A stretch of 64,000 nucleotides of DNA from Candidatus Thorarchaeota archaeon (GTDB lineage Archaea > Asgardarchaeota > Thorarchaeia > Thorarchaeales > Thorarchaeaceae): assembly GCA_046758445.1 (NCBI GenBank), contig JBHIAE010000003.1, positions 1 through 64,000 on the forward strand. Direction: 5' to 3'. Both the position numbers and the translations under genes were made by a program. Below, in pieces: positions 46,104-55,671 of the stretch; the first letter of the stretch is position 1; every line of letters begins with the position of its first letter. Below the pieces are notes generated by a model, which saw only the letters and a list, made by a program, of their open reading frames with translations, made no database searches and had not been told where the DNA came from.

Positions 46104-47630
46104 TCAAGCCCTCAAAAACGACCATGATAGCTCCCCTTTCAGACGCTCAGAGTCATTTGCCAAAGATAGGAAGCGAACGCCTGTTTCCTTTTCTGCTCTT
46201 CTCCATCCACCGAATCCTCCATACCTCGCTGCTAATTGAATCACCTCTCCGATTGAACGATCGCCGACTGACAATGCTGCTTGAATTCGTGCACTTCTGG
46301 GGTCAGTCCCTTCAACCTCAGTCCGTGGCACATTTCGCAGCCCGTTCTCAATCAATTTGAGCTTGTTTCTAAGCTCTTGAACCACGGGTTGGCTCTCACG
46401 TTCCCATCTAGTTTGAGCTTTAGGCACAAACGGATTGACACTAGCTGTCACTTTGATACCTGAAGCATTTGCAAGATGTTTGACCATCTTCACAATGTCC
46501 TTCAGATCGTCATCCGACTCATCGGGAAGTCCAATTATGAAGTAGAGTTTCAGTGCCTTGTATCCAGCTTCCACGGCCAGACTGACAGCTCTCTGAATGT
46601 CATCCTCATTCAGTCCTTTGCCCATGGCCTTCCTAAGACGGGAGGAGCCAGCCTCGGGAGCGATAGTGAGTGTTCGCTGACCTCCCTTCACAAATGACTT
46701 GAGCATCCGGGAAGTGACCGAGTCTGCTCTGAGGGATGGGGCTGAGAGCTCAACATTCTGCTCGACAATCCATGCAGCAAGATCCTCTAGGCCATCTAGG
46801 TCCCCAAGGGATGACCCTATCAGTGAAACCTTTCGGACAGGTGTGTTTTCGAGTCCCTTAGTGACAATCTCCTGTAAACGTTCCAGCGACCTGACCCTGC
46901 GAGGTCGACAGATGTGACCGACCAGACAGAACCTGCAAGAGTGACCACACCCTCGGGTGACTTCAACCAGGAAGGACTTTCCAAACACCGGTTCCAGTTT
47001 CGCGCCCTCTGGCACATCTGGAACAATCTGGTCAGTGGGATGGAACAGCTCCTCAAGACTATCTATTGTGAGTCTTGTGACTGAGGATTGTGATTCAGAC
47101 GGGACATATACTCCTGGAATCTCAGCCAAATCGGCTATTACCTCTGACCTAGAGGAGGCGTCCCGAATAGAATCCACAATATCATGAATAACAAGGTCGC
47201 CATCCCCAATCACAAATGCATCCACAAAGTCTACATAGGGCTCAGGATTTGCACTGACGGCTGGCCCTCCGACCAGCACTATTGGACTATCAGCGCCTCT
47301 GTTTTCGGCTATGGTTTCAATCCGACCCTGTTCTAGCATCTGCAATAGGTTGACGATGTCCTCCTCCCAAGTCAACGAGAAGGCCACAACATGATTGTCC
47401 TTGAGTGGACGTGCTGTTTCCAGAGAGAGTGCTGGAGATGGCACATCATACCTGAAGTATCTCTCACAAGAAGTGTCATTCCTCCTGTTCAAGCCCTCGT
47501 AGAAGAGGTGTGTGGCAAGTGATGTCATTCCAACCCTGTAAGTGGACGGATAGCCATATCCAACTTGGACCTCAATTGCTCGGAGGTCCTTTACAACGAT
47601 GTTATGTTCTCTGAACTGGGTCTTGGACAA
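46104..47630 (-). CDS. Radical SAM protein with B12-binding-like N-terminal domain
   Basis: YP..Y..GM.SL, GGP....NPEP, EV.RGCGHSCRFC, APEAGS, F.PK..T. Confidence 0.88.
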   Translation of the reverse strand: MSKTQFREHNIVVKDLRAIEVQVGYGYPSTYRVGMTSLATHLFYEGLNRRNDTSCERYFRYDVPSPALSLETARPLKDNHVVAFSLTWEEDIVNLLQMLEQGRIETIAENRGADSPIVLVGGPAVSANPEPYVDFVDAFVIGDGDLVIHDIVDSIRDASSRSEVIADLAEIPGVYVPSESQSSVTRLTIDSLEELFHPTDQIVPDVPEGAKLEPVFGKSFLVEVTRGCGHSCRFCLVGHICRPRRVRSLERLQEIVTKGLENTPVRKVSLIGSSLGDLDGLEDLAAWIVEQNVELSAPSLRADSVTSRMLKSFVKGGQRTLTIAPEAGSSRLRKAMGKGLNEDDIQRAVSLAVEAGYKALKLYFIIGLPDESDDDLKDIVKMVKHLANASGIKVTASVNPFVPKAQTRWERESQPVVQELRNKLKLIENGLRNVPRTEVEGTDPRSARIQAALSVGDRSIGEVIQLAARYGGFGGWRRAEKETGVRFLSLANDSERLKGELSWSFLRA

Positions 47631-47689
47631 CTCTCCCCATTCCTGGTTTTCATTTCTTAATCTCGTTTGCCACGTTATTCCTATTCTCT

Positions 47690-48958
47690 CTAATCTGTTT
47701 CTGACTGTTTCTGTGTGACCCGTAGAAGTTTCCCAGGTGCCACGTCCTTCTCCACAATCACACCGATTCCTGTTCGCGACTCTTGATGTAGAACAACTCC
47801 TGGCGCGAGAAGAGTCCCTATGCCAGTCTTGACGTTGTCTCCAATGATTGCTCCAAGTTTCCTCCGACCAGAGTCGACCAGCTTGCCCTTCACCATTACT
47901 CTAACTGGTCTATCATCGTGTCTGAGATTTGCGGTAATAGTGCCTGCTCCGAAGTTGACCTTCTTCCCAATCACCGAGTCCCCAACATACGAGAGATGCC
48001 CGATACTAGCCCCCTCCATGACCAATGAGTTCTTGATCTCGCAACCATTGCCCACCTTGACGCCCCTGACTAGGCAAGAGTGAGGTCGAAGATAGCAGTT
48101 CGGACCGACCACAGAATTCTCGCCAATGTACACCGGCCCCTCAATGTATGCTCCACTCTTTACTATCGCTCCGGGCTTTACGGTGACCTTTCCCTTGAGC
48201 ACTGCACCATCTTCTACGACGCCGGATATCTCACCCTTCATGTCAGCCTGTATCCGTTCATTTGCTACGAGAAGGTCCCAGGGTTTCCCAATCTCGAGCC
48301 ACCATGAAGGTATGGTATATGCTCCCACGCTCCTTTCACTGATGATCTTCATTATCGATTCAGTTATCTCGTACTCGCCTCGAGATGACAACTCAGTCTT
48401 ATCAATGGCCTCCCAAAGTTCCTTTCCTGCTGCATAGATTCCAGCATTGACCAGATTACTCACCAGCTGTTCTTCAGTTGGCTTCTCAATCAGGTTGGTT
48501 GCTCTTCCATCTTCCACGGCTACAACACCATAGGCAGTAGGGTCCTCGATTGGGAAAACAGAGAGAGTGAGGTCATGATCACTCTTCTTGTGATAGTCTA
48601 TCAGCCCCGTGAACGTACCGGGGCCCACCATCACATCACCATTCATCAGAAGCACCGAGTCGTCGCCAGCAAAGTCCCTTGCATGACCCGCTGCGTGAGC
48701 TGTTCCCTTTCTCTCAGCCTGAAGAACATATGAAACACTCATCTTTCCCCAGTCCTCTGAGTCGATGGCTTCTCGGAGCTGTTCTCCATGATATCCATAG
48801 ACAACAAGGGTCTCCCGTATCCCAGCTTCTTTGAGACCATCCAGAGTGTGGAATATGAGCGGTCTTCCAGCCACGGGCAGTAGATGTTTCGGAACATAGG
48901 CTGATAGGGGCATCATTCGAGTTGATTCGCCAGCAGCGAGTAGAGCAGCCTTCTTCAT
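47690..48958 (-). CDS. glmU: Bifunctional sugar-1-phosphate nucleotidyltransferase/acetyltransferase (archaeal GlmU-like)
   Basis: LAAG..TRM.PL...PK, EKP, RGEYEIT, hexapeptide repeats, HLSYVGDS, ANLR.D. Confidence 0.9.
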   Translation of the reverse strand: MKKAALLAAGESTRMMPLSAYVPKHLLPVAGRPLIFHTLDGLKEAGIRETLVVYGYHGEQLREAIDSEDWGKMSVSYVLQAERKGTAHAAGHARDFAGDDSVLLMNGDVMVGPGTFTGLIDYHKKSDHDLTLSVFPIEDPTAYGVVAVEDGRATNLIEKPTEEQLVSNLVNAGIYAAGKELWEAIDKTELSSRGEYEITESIMKIISERSVGAYTIPSWWLEIGKPWDLLVANERIQADMKGEISGVVEDGAVLKGKVTVKPGAIVKSGAYIEGPVYIGENSVVGPNCYLRPHSCLVRGVKVGNGCEIKNSLVMEGASIGHLSYVGDSVIGKKVNFGAGTITANLRHDDRPVRVMVKGKLVDSGRRKLGAIIGDNVKTGIGTLLAPGVVLHQESRTGIGVIVEKDVAPGKLLRVTQKQSETD

Positions 48959-49181
48959 GGTGGGTCGAGCATCTCGATGTTATACTTCGTTATAGAGTTT
49001 GTCGGGCATTGTGTGAGGAGTTTTGAGTGCAACAAGTAGCGCGGTGACGGACTGCGACACTCCATCCTAGGCTGCGATACATTAATATACTTCATTTTTG
49101 ATAGATATACTATCGTTTGAAGCAAGTTTCGAGAACTCTGCCTGCTTCAGACAGAACGAACGAAAGTAGGTGAATAACCGA

Positions 49182-49427
49182 ATGATGTCAGATGAGCAAC
49201 TGAAGGAGGAGCTTAAGGATCTGAAGCTCACCAAGAGCCAGATGATCGTGCTAGATATCCTCCGTACCAGCGGCAAGGGCGGCGTTACTCCCAAGCAGCT
49301 CCTGGACAAGGTTTCCTTCGCTCCGAGGACCGTGAGATACGCCCTCAGAAAGCTGCTCAAGAAGAAATTGATCAAGAGAGTACCCTGTCTTCAAGATATG
49401 AGGCAATGGATATACGTACCCGCTTAA
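49182..49427 (+). CDS. Small basic winged-helix protein
   Basis: LTKSQ..VL, APRTVRYAL..L, L.D.RQ. Confidence 0.85.
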   Translation: MMSDEQLKEELKDLKLTKSQMIVLDILRTSGKGGVTPKQLLDKVSFAPRTVRYALRKLLKKKLIKRVPCLQDMRQWIYVPA

Positions 49428-49522
49428 CCAAATAAAGGCCTATGAGCGTCGATTTACGATAATAGACTCTTATAGGCCTAGAAACACATCCCGTTTCAAG
49501 GGTCGATGTACAACGAAATCCG

Positions 49523-50287
49523 ATGACTTCTGCAGGTCGCTTCCAAGACGAAGAACCCTATCGAGAAACTCAAAGACGGTGCGACCTTGCAATACCTGAC
49601 CCGGAGTTTGGAGAGATGGAAACAATAAAGATCGTGACAGGCGAGGAGGAAACCGCGGCCGTCGTTCGTGCCCTGAATGATGAGAATCGTCGACGGATAC
49701 TTCACGCACTTAGGTCCAAACGGATGTCAACATCAGAGATATGCGATTTTTTGGAGACCACAGATCCAGACAGGGAATTGAAGCCTCAGACCGTCCGCTA
49801 TCACCTGAAAGAGCTGGAGAAGGCCGGTCTGATAACGCAAGAAGGCTTTGAACCAGCTGGAAATGGCGATAGTCACATAATGACAAAGTTGTGGAGAGCC
49901 ACAGCTGAGAACGTGTTCATAGCGACCAGCGACATGGATGGTCTCCCTGAGAGAACGGTCAATGGAATTGACATGACTCTCGATCTTGTTGGAACGATGC
50001 GAGAGCTAGGATTCGTCCTCGAGGATGAGGAAGAGATACAACAGATCGCCCACGACTTCGTCGAGCGAGACCGGCTCTGGAAGAAGAGCCAAGAAGAGGC
50101 AAAGTTGATCCTCAAGAGTGTGTCTGCTCTTGACCCTGGTGTCTACTCCATACTCCTGAGAATCCTTGGCATTGCACAACTCAGCGATTCCGATTTCCGG
50201 CGTTATCAGGAGCTAAGCCAGAGCCTCACTGCTAGATTCAGAAAGGCATACCTAGACGGCTTGGGCGAGAATCCGAGAGTCTACTAG
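49523..50287 (+). CDS. ArsR-family HTH transcriptional regulator
   Basis: AL.DE.RR.IL..L, QTV.YHLK.LE.AGLI; start uncertain. Confidence 0.82.
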   Translation: MTSAGRFQDEEPYRETQRRCDLAIPDPEFGEMETIKIVTGEEETAAVVRALNDENRRRILHALRSKRMSTSEICDFLETTDPDRELKPQTVRYHLKELEKAGLITQEGFEPAGNGDSHIMTKLWRATAENVFIATSDMDGLPERTVNGIDMTLDLVGTMRELGFVLEDEEEIQQIAHDFVERDRLWKKSQEEAKLILKSVSALDPGVYSILLRILGIAQLSDSDFRRYQELSQSLTARFRKAYLDGLGENPRVY

Positions 50288-50396
50288 CAAATGCATACAG
50301 ATGGATATCGGTCAATCCACACGCTCATAGTGTTCAGCCTGAAGTAAAGGTTTCTCGTTCGCTGTCTCTATATCATGCTGAGTCCGGTGTTCTTCT

Positions 50397-51943
50397 TCAC
50401 TTCATATCCTTCGCCATCGACTCCGCCATCGTCACCCACTGGTCAGGAATGAGATAGGGCCATCCCTTTGAGAAGCCGAGGTTTCTGAAGAATGAGAGTA
50501 GCAGATCCTGAACGCCCAGACCCCTCAATTGATCCTCTCCACCATCCATCACCCATACGGTGGCCAAAACCAATATCGCAGCCGCCCGGGTTTCCCAGTG
50601 GGAAGATGACAGAGCAGTCACCACCTCTGACAAGCCTTCACTCCCTTTCTCGTAGATCATGGTGCTGATGTTGCCGACGGCAGTCTTGCTACTCGTGGTC
50701 CAGGTCCTTCCAGATTCAGGTGAGAAACAGAGAGCAACGGCGGTGAGCGAGGACTTCACAGTCCCTCTCTCGGGATAGTACAGCATGAACCGGGTCGCAC
50801 CTCTTAACACGGCATCATTCTCAATCATCAAGGCAGAAATCAAGTCCTTATCTTGAACTTTGAAGTCGACATAGGCTATGTCTTTCTCGTCGTAAAGATG
50901 CTCTGAGGAAAGGAACATGAAGAGAATGTAGGCTGCTCGTTGTGTGGAGGTCCGACTCGAGAGCTCCACCATGTCCTTGATTGTTGTAAGCTGGACGCTC
51001 TTTAGTGAGCCAAGATTCTTGGTCAAATGCTCGTAGAACACCTCTGAGAGGTCAACACTGGAAGAGAGTCCATCAAAGACCGCCATCGCATGCGACCAGA
51101 GGTAGTGTCTATGTGTGGTAGCAGCCAAGGGATTGCCTCCACCCCAAAGTCAACGACTTTGCTACAGACCAGCCCATCAAGTTCCGGACCAAGGGAAGAC
51201 TCGGCTTGGCCGTAAACTCTCGGGATTAGGTCTTCTATGCATCCGATTCCTTCTATCTCAACAAGACGGTCAAGTGCCCAATCTCCAATTCGATTTCCTA
51301 GTATGAAAGGATGCCACACGTCACGTGCCTCGAGGAAATAACGTAGGCGCTCGCCCAACTCAGAATAGTTGTATCTATGGGCAATACGCGTCGCCAGATC
51401 AAGAGCCTCTAATGACGTATGCATGATGTACATGTCTTCTGGTCTTATGACGTCTTCAGCTGTCCATTTCAGCCCACAAATGAACTTCACCACTGGGTCC
51501 AGCACCTGCCGCACGTCAATCTCATTGAAGCCTCTCAAGATTGTTTCATGAATAGTATACTCGGGCCAATCCCTAAGCAATTCACTGTTAAGCGCCTTTC
51601 CCAGCAAAGGGATATGGTTGCCGACGTCTTCTTCAAGTAGATCTTCAACTGCCTCTAGGATTAGAGTGACATCGAATTGCATCTCCGCAATATCTCGCCC
51701 ATCGATGTCAGAGTTTTCAAGAATCTCAGTGAACTCCAGAAGCTTGCCTAGGAACTCCCGGGAGCTGTAGATGCCCGCTTTGTAGAGCTCCATGGTTGCC
51801 TTTCCTCTTGTTTCAACTGAGTTCAATGCATTGAGGAGTGCATCGATTTCATCATCTGAAAGGTCGTCACGCGTTCTTGGCATGGTCGCTCTCACATTGG
51901 ATTGTCTTGTGAGAACTGATTTAACCTTCGGTCTTTCTTGCAT
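50397..51943 (-). pseudogene. Helical (HEAT-like) hypothetical protein split into two overlapping frames (51023-51943 and 50397-51128)
   Basis: 106-nt overlap; the reading continues plausibly across a frame change near 51105-51112. Confidence 0.55.
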
Positions 51944-52018
51944 TCCTCTATGCCTTCAGAAAGGCCTACCTAGACAGCGACAATGAAAACCCAAAGGTCT
52001 ACCAGCCTTTGACTGATC

Positions 52019-54340
52019 TCAACTACTGTCTTCACGATGGAACGGATATCGTGTAGTCAACAGACGCCTTATTCTCCCGGCTATCTTGGGTCCCACACCC
52101 TTCACTCTTCGCAGCTCTTTCTCCTCAGCAGAGAAGATTTTCTCCAGAGAACCGAGCTCTGTCAACATTGCCCGTGAAGTCACTGTGTCAATGCCTGGGA
52201 ATCCGGACAGAATGTACTCGAGTGTTTCAGCGTCACCTATCCTGGTTTCCCCTGTTCGTGTCCGCAACGGGCGCTTGGCACCAACCTGCTCGAGATGTGC
52301 TAGGCGATAGAGTACGTTGGCGGTTTCAGTTGCATTCCGTGTCCACAGGATTGGAATCTGAATGCGGATGGCTATCGACGCAAGTGCACCATATAAGGAA
52401 GCAGGACTGACGGCCCTCAAGCCGATGAGTTGTTCTCCCTCGATTATGAGCACAGGACGACGATACGCGGAACGTAGAGAGGTCAGTTGTACAAAGAGTC
52501 GCCCATCAATCAAGGACTGTATGAAATCACCGGTTTCTTTCCTTTCAACAGCCACCTCCTCGGATACGATGTAGTCACCTATTTCGAGGCTCTCTCCGGA
52601 CAGCTCGACATCAAGACGCGTTAGCTCACGCGGGACCGCTGTTGGAAGCTCTCTGGAGTCAACAATCATACGGATCCGATCATCTACCTTGGGTTCTCTC
52701 TTTCTCGGTGGAATGGCCGCGACTTCTGTGTCCACTTCCTCCTCAACAAAATCCTCAAGACTCATCTGCTCTTCCTCTGAGTCTTTCTCAGCCTCCTTGA
52801 GGGCCGATGGCATCTTCTTCAATTTTCTCACCACACTCCAATGATAGAACTCATCATGCGTTCCTCGAGCAACGAATATCACCACACGACCCGGTGTCTT
52901 TCGTCCTGTTCTTCCTCGCCGCTGGATGTAAGGGACAACGGACGGCACGCAGTCATAGAACACCACCAAGTTACACTCAGGGATGTCAAGACCCTCCTCG
53001 CCTACCTGTGTAGCGACTAGTACGTTGAACTCGTTGTTTCGAAACCTTTCCAGTACTTCGACCTGCTTCTTCTGACTGAACCCTTTATCTCGCCCTCTGG
53101 AACTCTGCCCCACAAAACGACTGACCCTTGCGTGTTTCAATTGCTCAAGGGTTTCGACGACTTCTGCCGCTGTGTCACGGAATCTAGTGAAGACAAGAAT
53201 TCGAGAGTCTAGATCCACTGAGAGTTGCTCGTTAACGAGCTCCAGAATGGCATCCGCTTTCGGATGACGGTGTCCCCTCTCTATGAGGGCTTGCAGTAGG
53301 CTCTCAAACTGCTGAAACTCGGCTCTGGATATGAGATCCTTGACGCCCTTGGAGCTCTTCTTGTTGCGGACCTCTTCGTAGATTCCCTGAATGTAGCGGT
53401 GTGTTGGTGTGAGTCCCTGAGTACCGATAAACTCAATCAAGTGCACGATTCGAAGGGCAGCCGTGAGGTTTCGAATGACTAGATAGAGACCTCGTGGTGG
53501 CTTTGTGTAAGTTCCTATCTCCCTTCGGACCTGCTGCTGAACACGAAGTATCTCCTTGCGGCTTAGACGGCGGCTGTCTGGAAGTGAGAAACCATGGTCC
53601 AGAATTGGCCTCTTGTAATCCTCAAGAAGGCCGTAAAGGATGTCTTTCAGAACCTCGACTTCTGAAGGCAAGACGAGATAGTGCATGTCAGTCGCAATCG
53701 AAACCGCATACTCACGAACATCTGGACTCTGCTCGTTGCGCACTTCCACTCTATCCAAGCGGAGGTTCGTGCAAACAGTCTTGATATGGTCTGCCTGATG
53801 CCCAGGTGAGGCGGTCAGCCCCAGGGAAAGGGGACTCTCTCCCTGTTTCTCATAGAGCTCGGCTATGAAGGTGTAGGCGTAGTTCCCCACACCTCGATGG
53901 GCCTCATCATAGACAATAAGTGAGACCTGACTCAGACTGTACCGTCTTTGTACAAGGTCATTTTGCAAAGCCTGAGGAGTCATCACCAGAACCCTAGACT
54001 CGGACCACATGCCAGGTCGGGTATCTGGCGGATCTTGACCAGTCATGCAGACTACTTGGTCTGGATCAATGTCCAATACCCTTCTCAAGAATCGGGCCTG
54101 TTGGTCAACCAGTGGGCGAGATGGCGCCAGGAATAAGATTTTGGACTCCGGCCGTTCTGTAAGAAGTCTGGCCGCCACAAGTGCCGCTATAACTGTCTTC
54201 CCAAGTCCAGTACTCAATACAATCATGGTGCTTTCCTTTGAAGCCACCTCAGAAAGACTGACCTGATACTTTCTGTAGTCAATGCTCTCCTTTCGCACTC
54301 CTGGCGCATCGACATAGGCAGTCTTCAAATCAAATCCCAC
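52019..54340 (-). CDS. hef: Hef (FANCM/XPF-like) helicase-nuclease
   Basis: TGLGKT, DEAH, TASPG, QRRGRTGR, ERCC4 motifs VDSRE / GDY / VERK, HhH. Confidence 0.95.
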   Translation of the reverse strand: MGFDLKTAYVDAPGVRKESIDYRKYQVSLSEVASKESTMIVLSTGLGKTVIAALVAARLLTERPESKILFLAPSRPLVDQQARFLRRVLDIDPDQVVCMTGQDPPDTRPGMWSESRVLVMTPQALQNDLVQRRYSLSQVSLIVYDEAHRGVGNYAYTFIAELYEKQGESPLSLGLTASPGHQADHIKTVCTNLRLDRVEVRNEQSPDVREYAVSIATDMHYLVLPSEVEVLKDILYGLLEDYKRPILDHGFSLPDSRRLSRKEILRVQQQVRREIGTYTKPPRGLYLVIRNLTAALRIVHLIEFIGTQGLTPTHRYIQGIYEEVRNKKSSKGVKDLISRAEFQQFESLLQALIERGHRHPKADAILELVNEQLSVDLDSRILVFTRFRDTAAEVVETLEQLKHARVSRFVGQSSRGRDKGFSQKKQVEVLERFRNNEFNVLVATQVGEEGLDIPECNLVVFYDCVPSVVPYIQRRGRTGRKTPGRVVIFVARGTHDEFYHWSVVRKLKKMPSALKEAEKDSEEEQMSLEDFVEEEVDTEVAAIPPRKREPKVDDRIRMIVDSRELPTAVPRELTRLDVELSGESLEIGDYIVSEEVAVERKETGDFIQSLIDGRLFVQLTSLRSAYRRPVLIIEGEQLIGLRAVSPASLYGALASIAIRIQIPILWTRNATETANVLYRLAHLEQVGAKRPLRTRTGETRIGDAETLEYILSGFPGIDTVTSRAMLTELGSLEKIFSAEEKELRRVKGVGPKIAGRIRRLLTTRYPFHREDSS

Positions 54341-54423
54341 ACCATGGCTACTTTGTCTGTCTTCTGATAATACTCACTGTAAAAAGGCTCCTACCACTTG
54401 AACATGATTAGGAGTTAGACGCG

Positions 54424-54759
54424 ATGACAGCCGGCGAGGCATTGCCAAGCATAGAAGCTGAGCTCTATGAACTCAGCATGCCCGGTAGACTGCTGGGCAA
54501 GGAAGTCCTTGACAGTAGAGCACGAAGAATCGGCATTGTGAGGAGCATACGAATTGCTCTGCATCCCACCCGTTCAGAACTGATAGTGAAGGGGGCGGAG
54601 GTCGAGTTCCCTGTAGACTTCGCCAAAGTTGAAACGGTGGGGACGGTGGTTCAACTCAACTCGACCGTCAAGGAAGCAGAAGAGATTGAGGTTCATGACG
54701 TCATCCGTCTGCAGAAAGAAGTCCTCGATGACATAAAGTCCTACCTTGGAGCAGGCTAA
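54424..54759 (+). CDS. PRC-barrel domain protein
   Basis: LLGKEV.D.....IG.V..I, V..VG..V.L. Confidence 0.75.
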   Translation: MTAGEALPSIEAELYELSMPGRLLGKEVLDSRARRIGIVRSIRIALHPTRSELIVKGAEVEFPVDFAKVETVGTVVQLNSTVKEAEEIEVHDVIRLQKEVLDDIKSYLGAG

Positions 54760-54834
54760 ATCCGGATTTTCAGAGGACTGGTCCCATAGAAGAGTTAATA
54801 GCGGTCAGGAAGGCATTCCGTTTTTGGTGTCAAA

Positions 54835-55659
54835 TTGATGGACCTGTCAGTCGAAGACTTGGCAAGTATGATTGACCATACGCGTCTCAAGCCAGAAACC
54901 AAAAGGAGCAAGATCCAGCAACTCTCCGAAGAGGCAATCACTTTCGGATTCGCATCTGTCTGTATTAATCCAGTTCACGTCGCATATGCCTATGAATTGT
55001 TGAAGGACACTCAAATCAAGGTGTGTTGTGTGATTGGCTTTCCTCTAGGTGCCAATCTATCAGAGGTGAAGGCTGTAGAAACAAGAGAGGCTGTTCGGTC
55101 GGGTGCTCATGAGGTAGACATGGTAGTCAACGTCGGCGCCCTTCGCGACGAGAACTATGAGCTCGTCAAGAGCGACATTGAGGCAGTAGTTGCCGCATCA
55201 GGAGATGCTCATGTTAAGGTAATTCTGGAAACAGGTCTTCTGACTGATGATCAGAAGCGTAAGGGATGTCTTCTCTCAAAGGAAGCCGGGGCAGACTTCG
55301 TAAAGACCTCTACTGGATTTGGTCCGATGGGCGCTACACCATACGACGTTCGTCTGATGCGGGAAACCGTTGGCGAAGATATGGGCGTCAAAGCCGCCGG
55401 TGGGATTCGAACCTTCAAGGATGCAATCAAGATGATCGAGGCCGGGGCCGATCGACTAGGCACAAGCGCAGGTATTGCAATTGTTGAAGACTACCGATGG
55501 GCCCAGTATAGCGACTCTTGGATGCAACCGGATAGACCCTGCTGGGACTGTCCAAGTCGTCAGGCAAATCTCGCTAAGCAGCCCAAGGAAGTGTATGTCT
55601 GGTACAAACAGCGGTGCTTGATCTGTCCTGACCGAGATGAGAATGTGTTTAATGACTAG
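54835..55659 (+). CDS. deoC: Deoxyribose-phosphate aldolase with C-terminal four-Cys extension
   Basis: IDHT.LKP, GFPLGA, E.DMV, KVILET, FVKTSTGF, KAAGGIR, R.GTS. Confidence 0.95.
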   Translation: MMDLSVEDLASMIDHTRLKPETKRSKIQQLSEEAITFGFASVCINPVHVAYAYELLKDTQIKVCCVIGFPLGANLSEVKAVETREAVRSGAHEVDMVVNVGALRDENYELVKSDIEAVVAASGDAHVKVILETGLLTDDQKRKGCLLSKEAGADFVKTSTGFGPMGATPYDVRLMRETVGEDMGVKAAGGIRTFKDAIKMIEAGADRLGTSAGIAIVEDYRWAQYSDSWMQPDRPCWDCPSRQANLAKQPKEVYVWYKQRCLICPDRDENVFND

Positions 55660-55671
55660 GAGGGGAGATGA

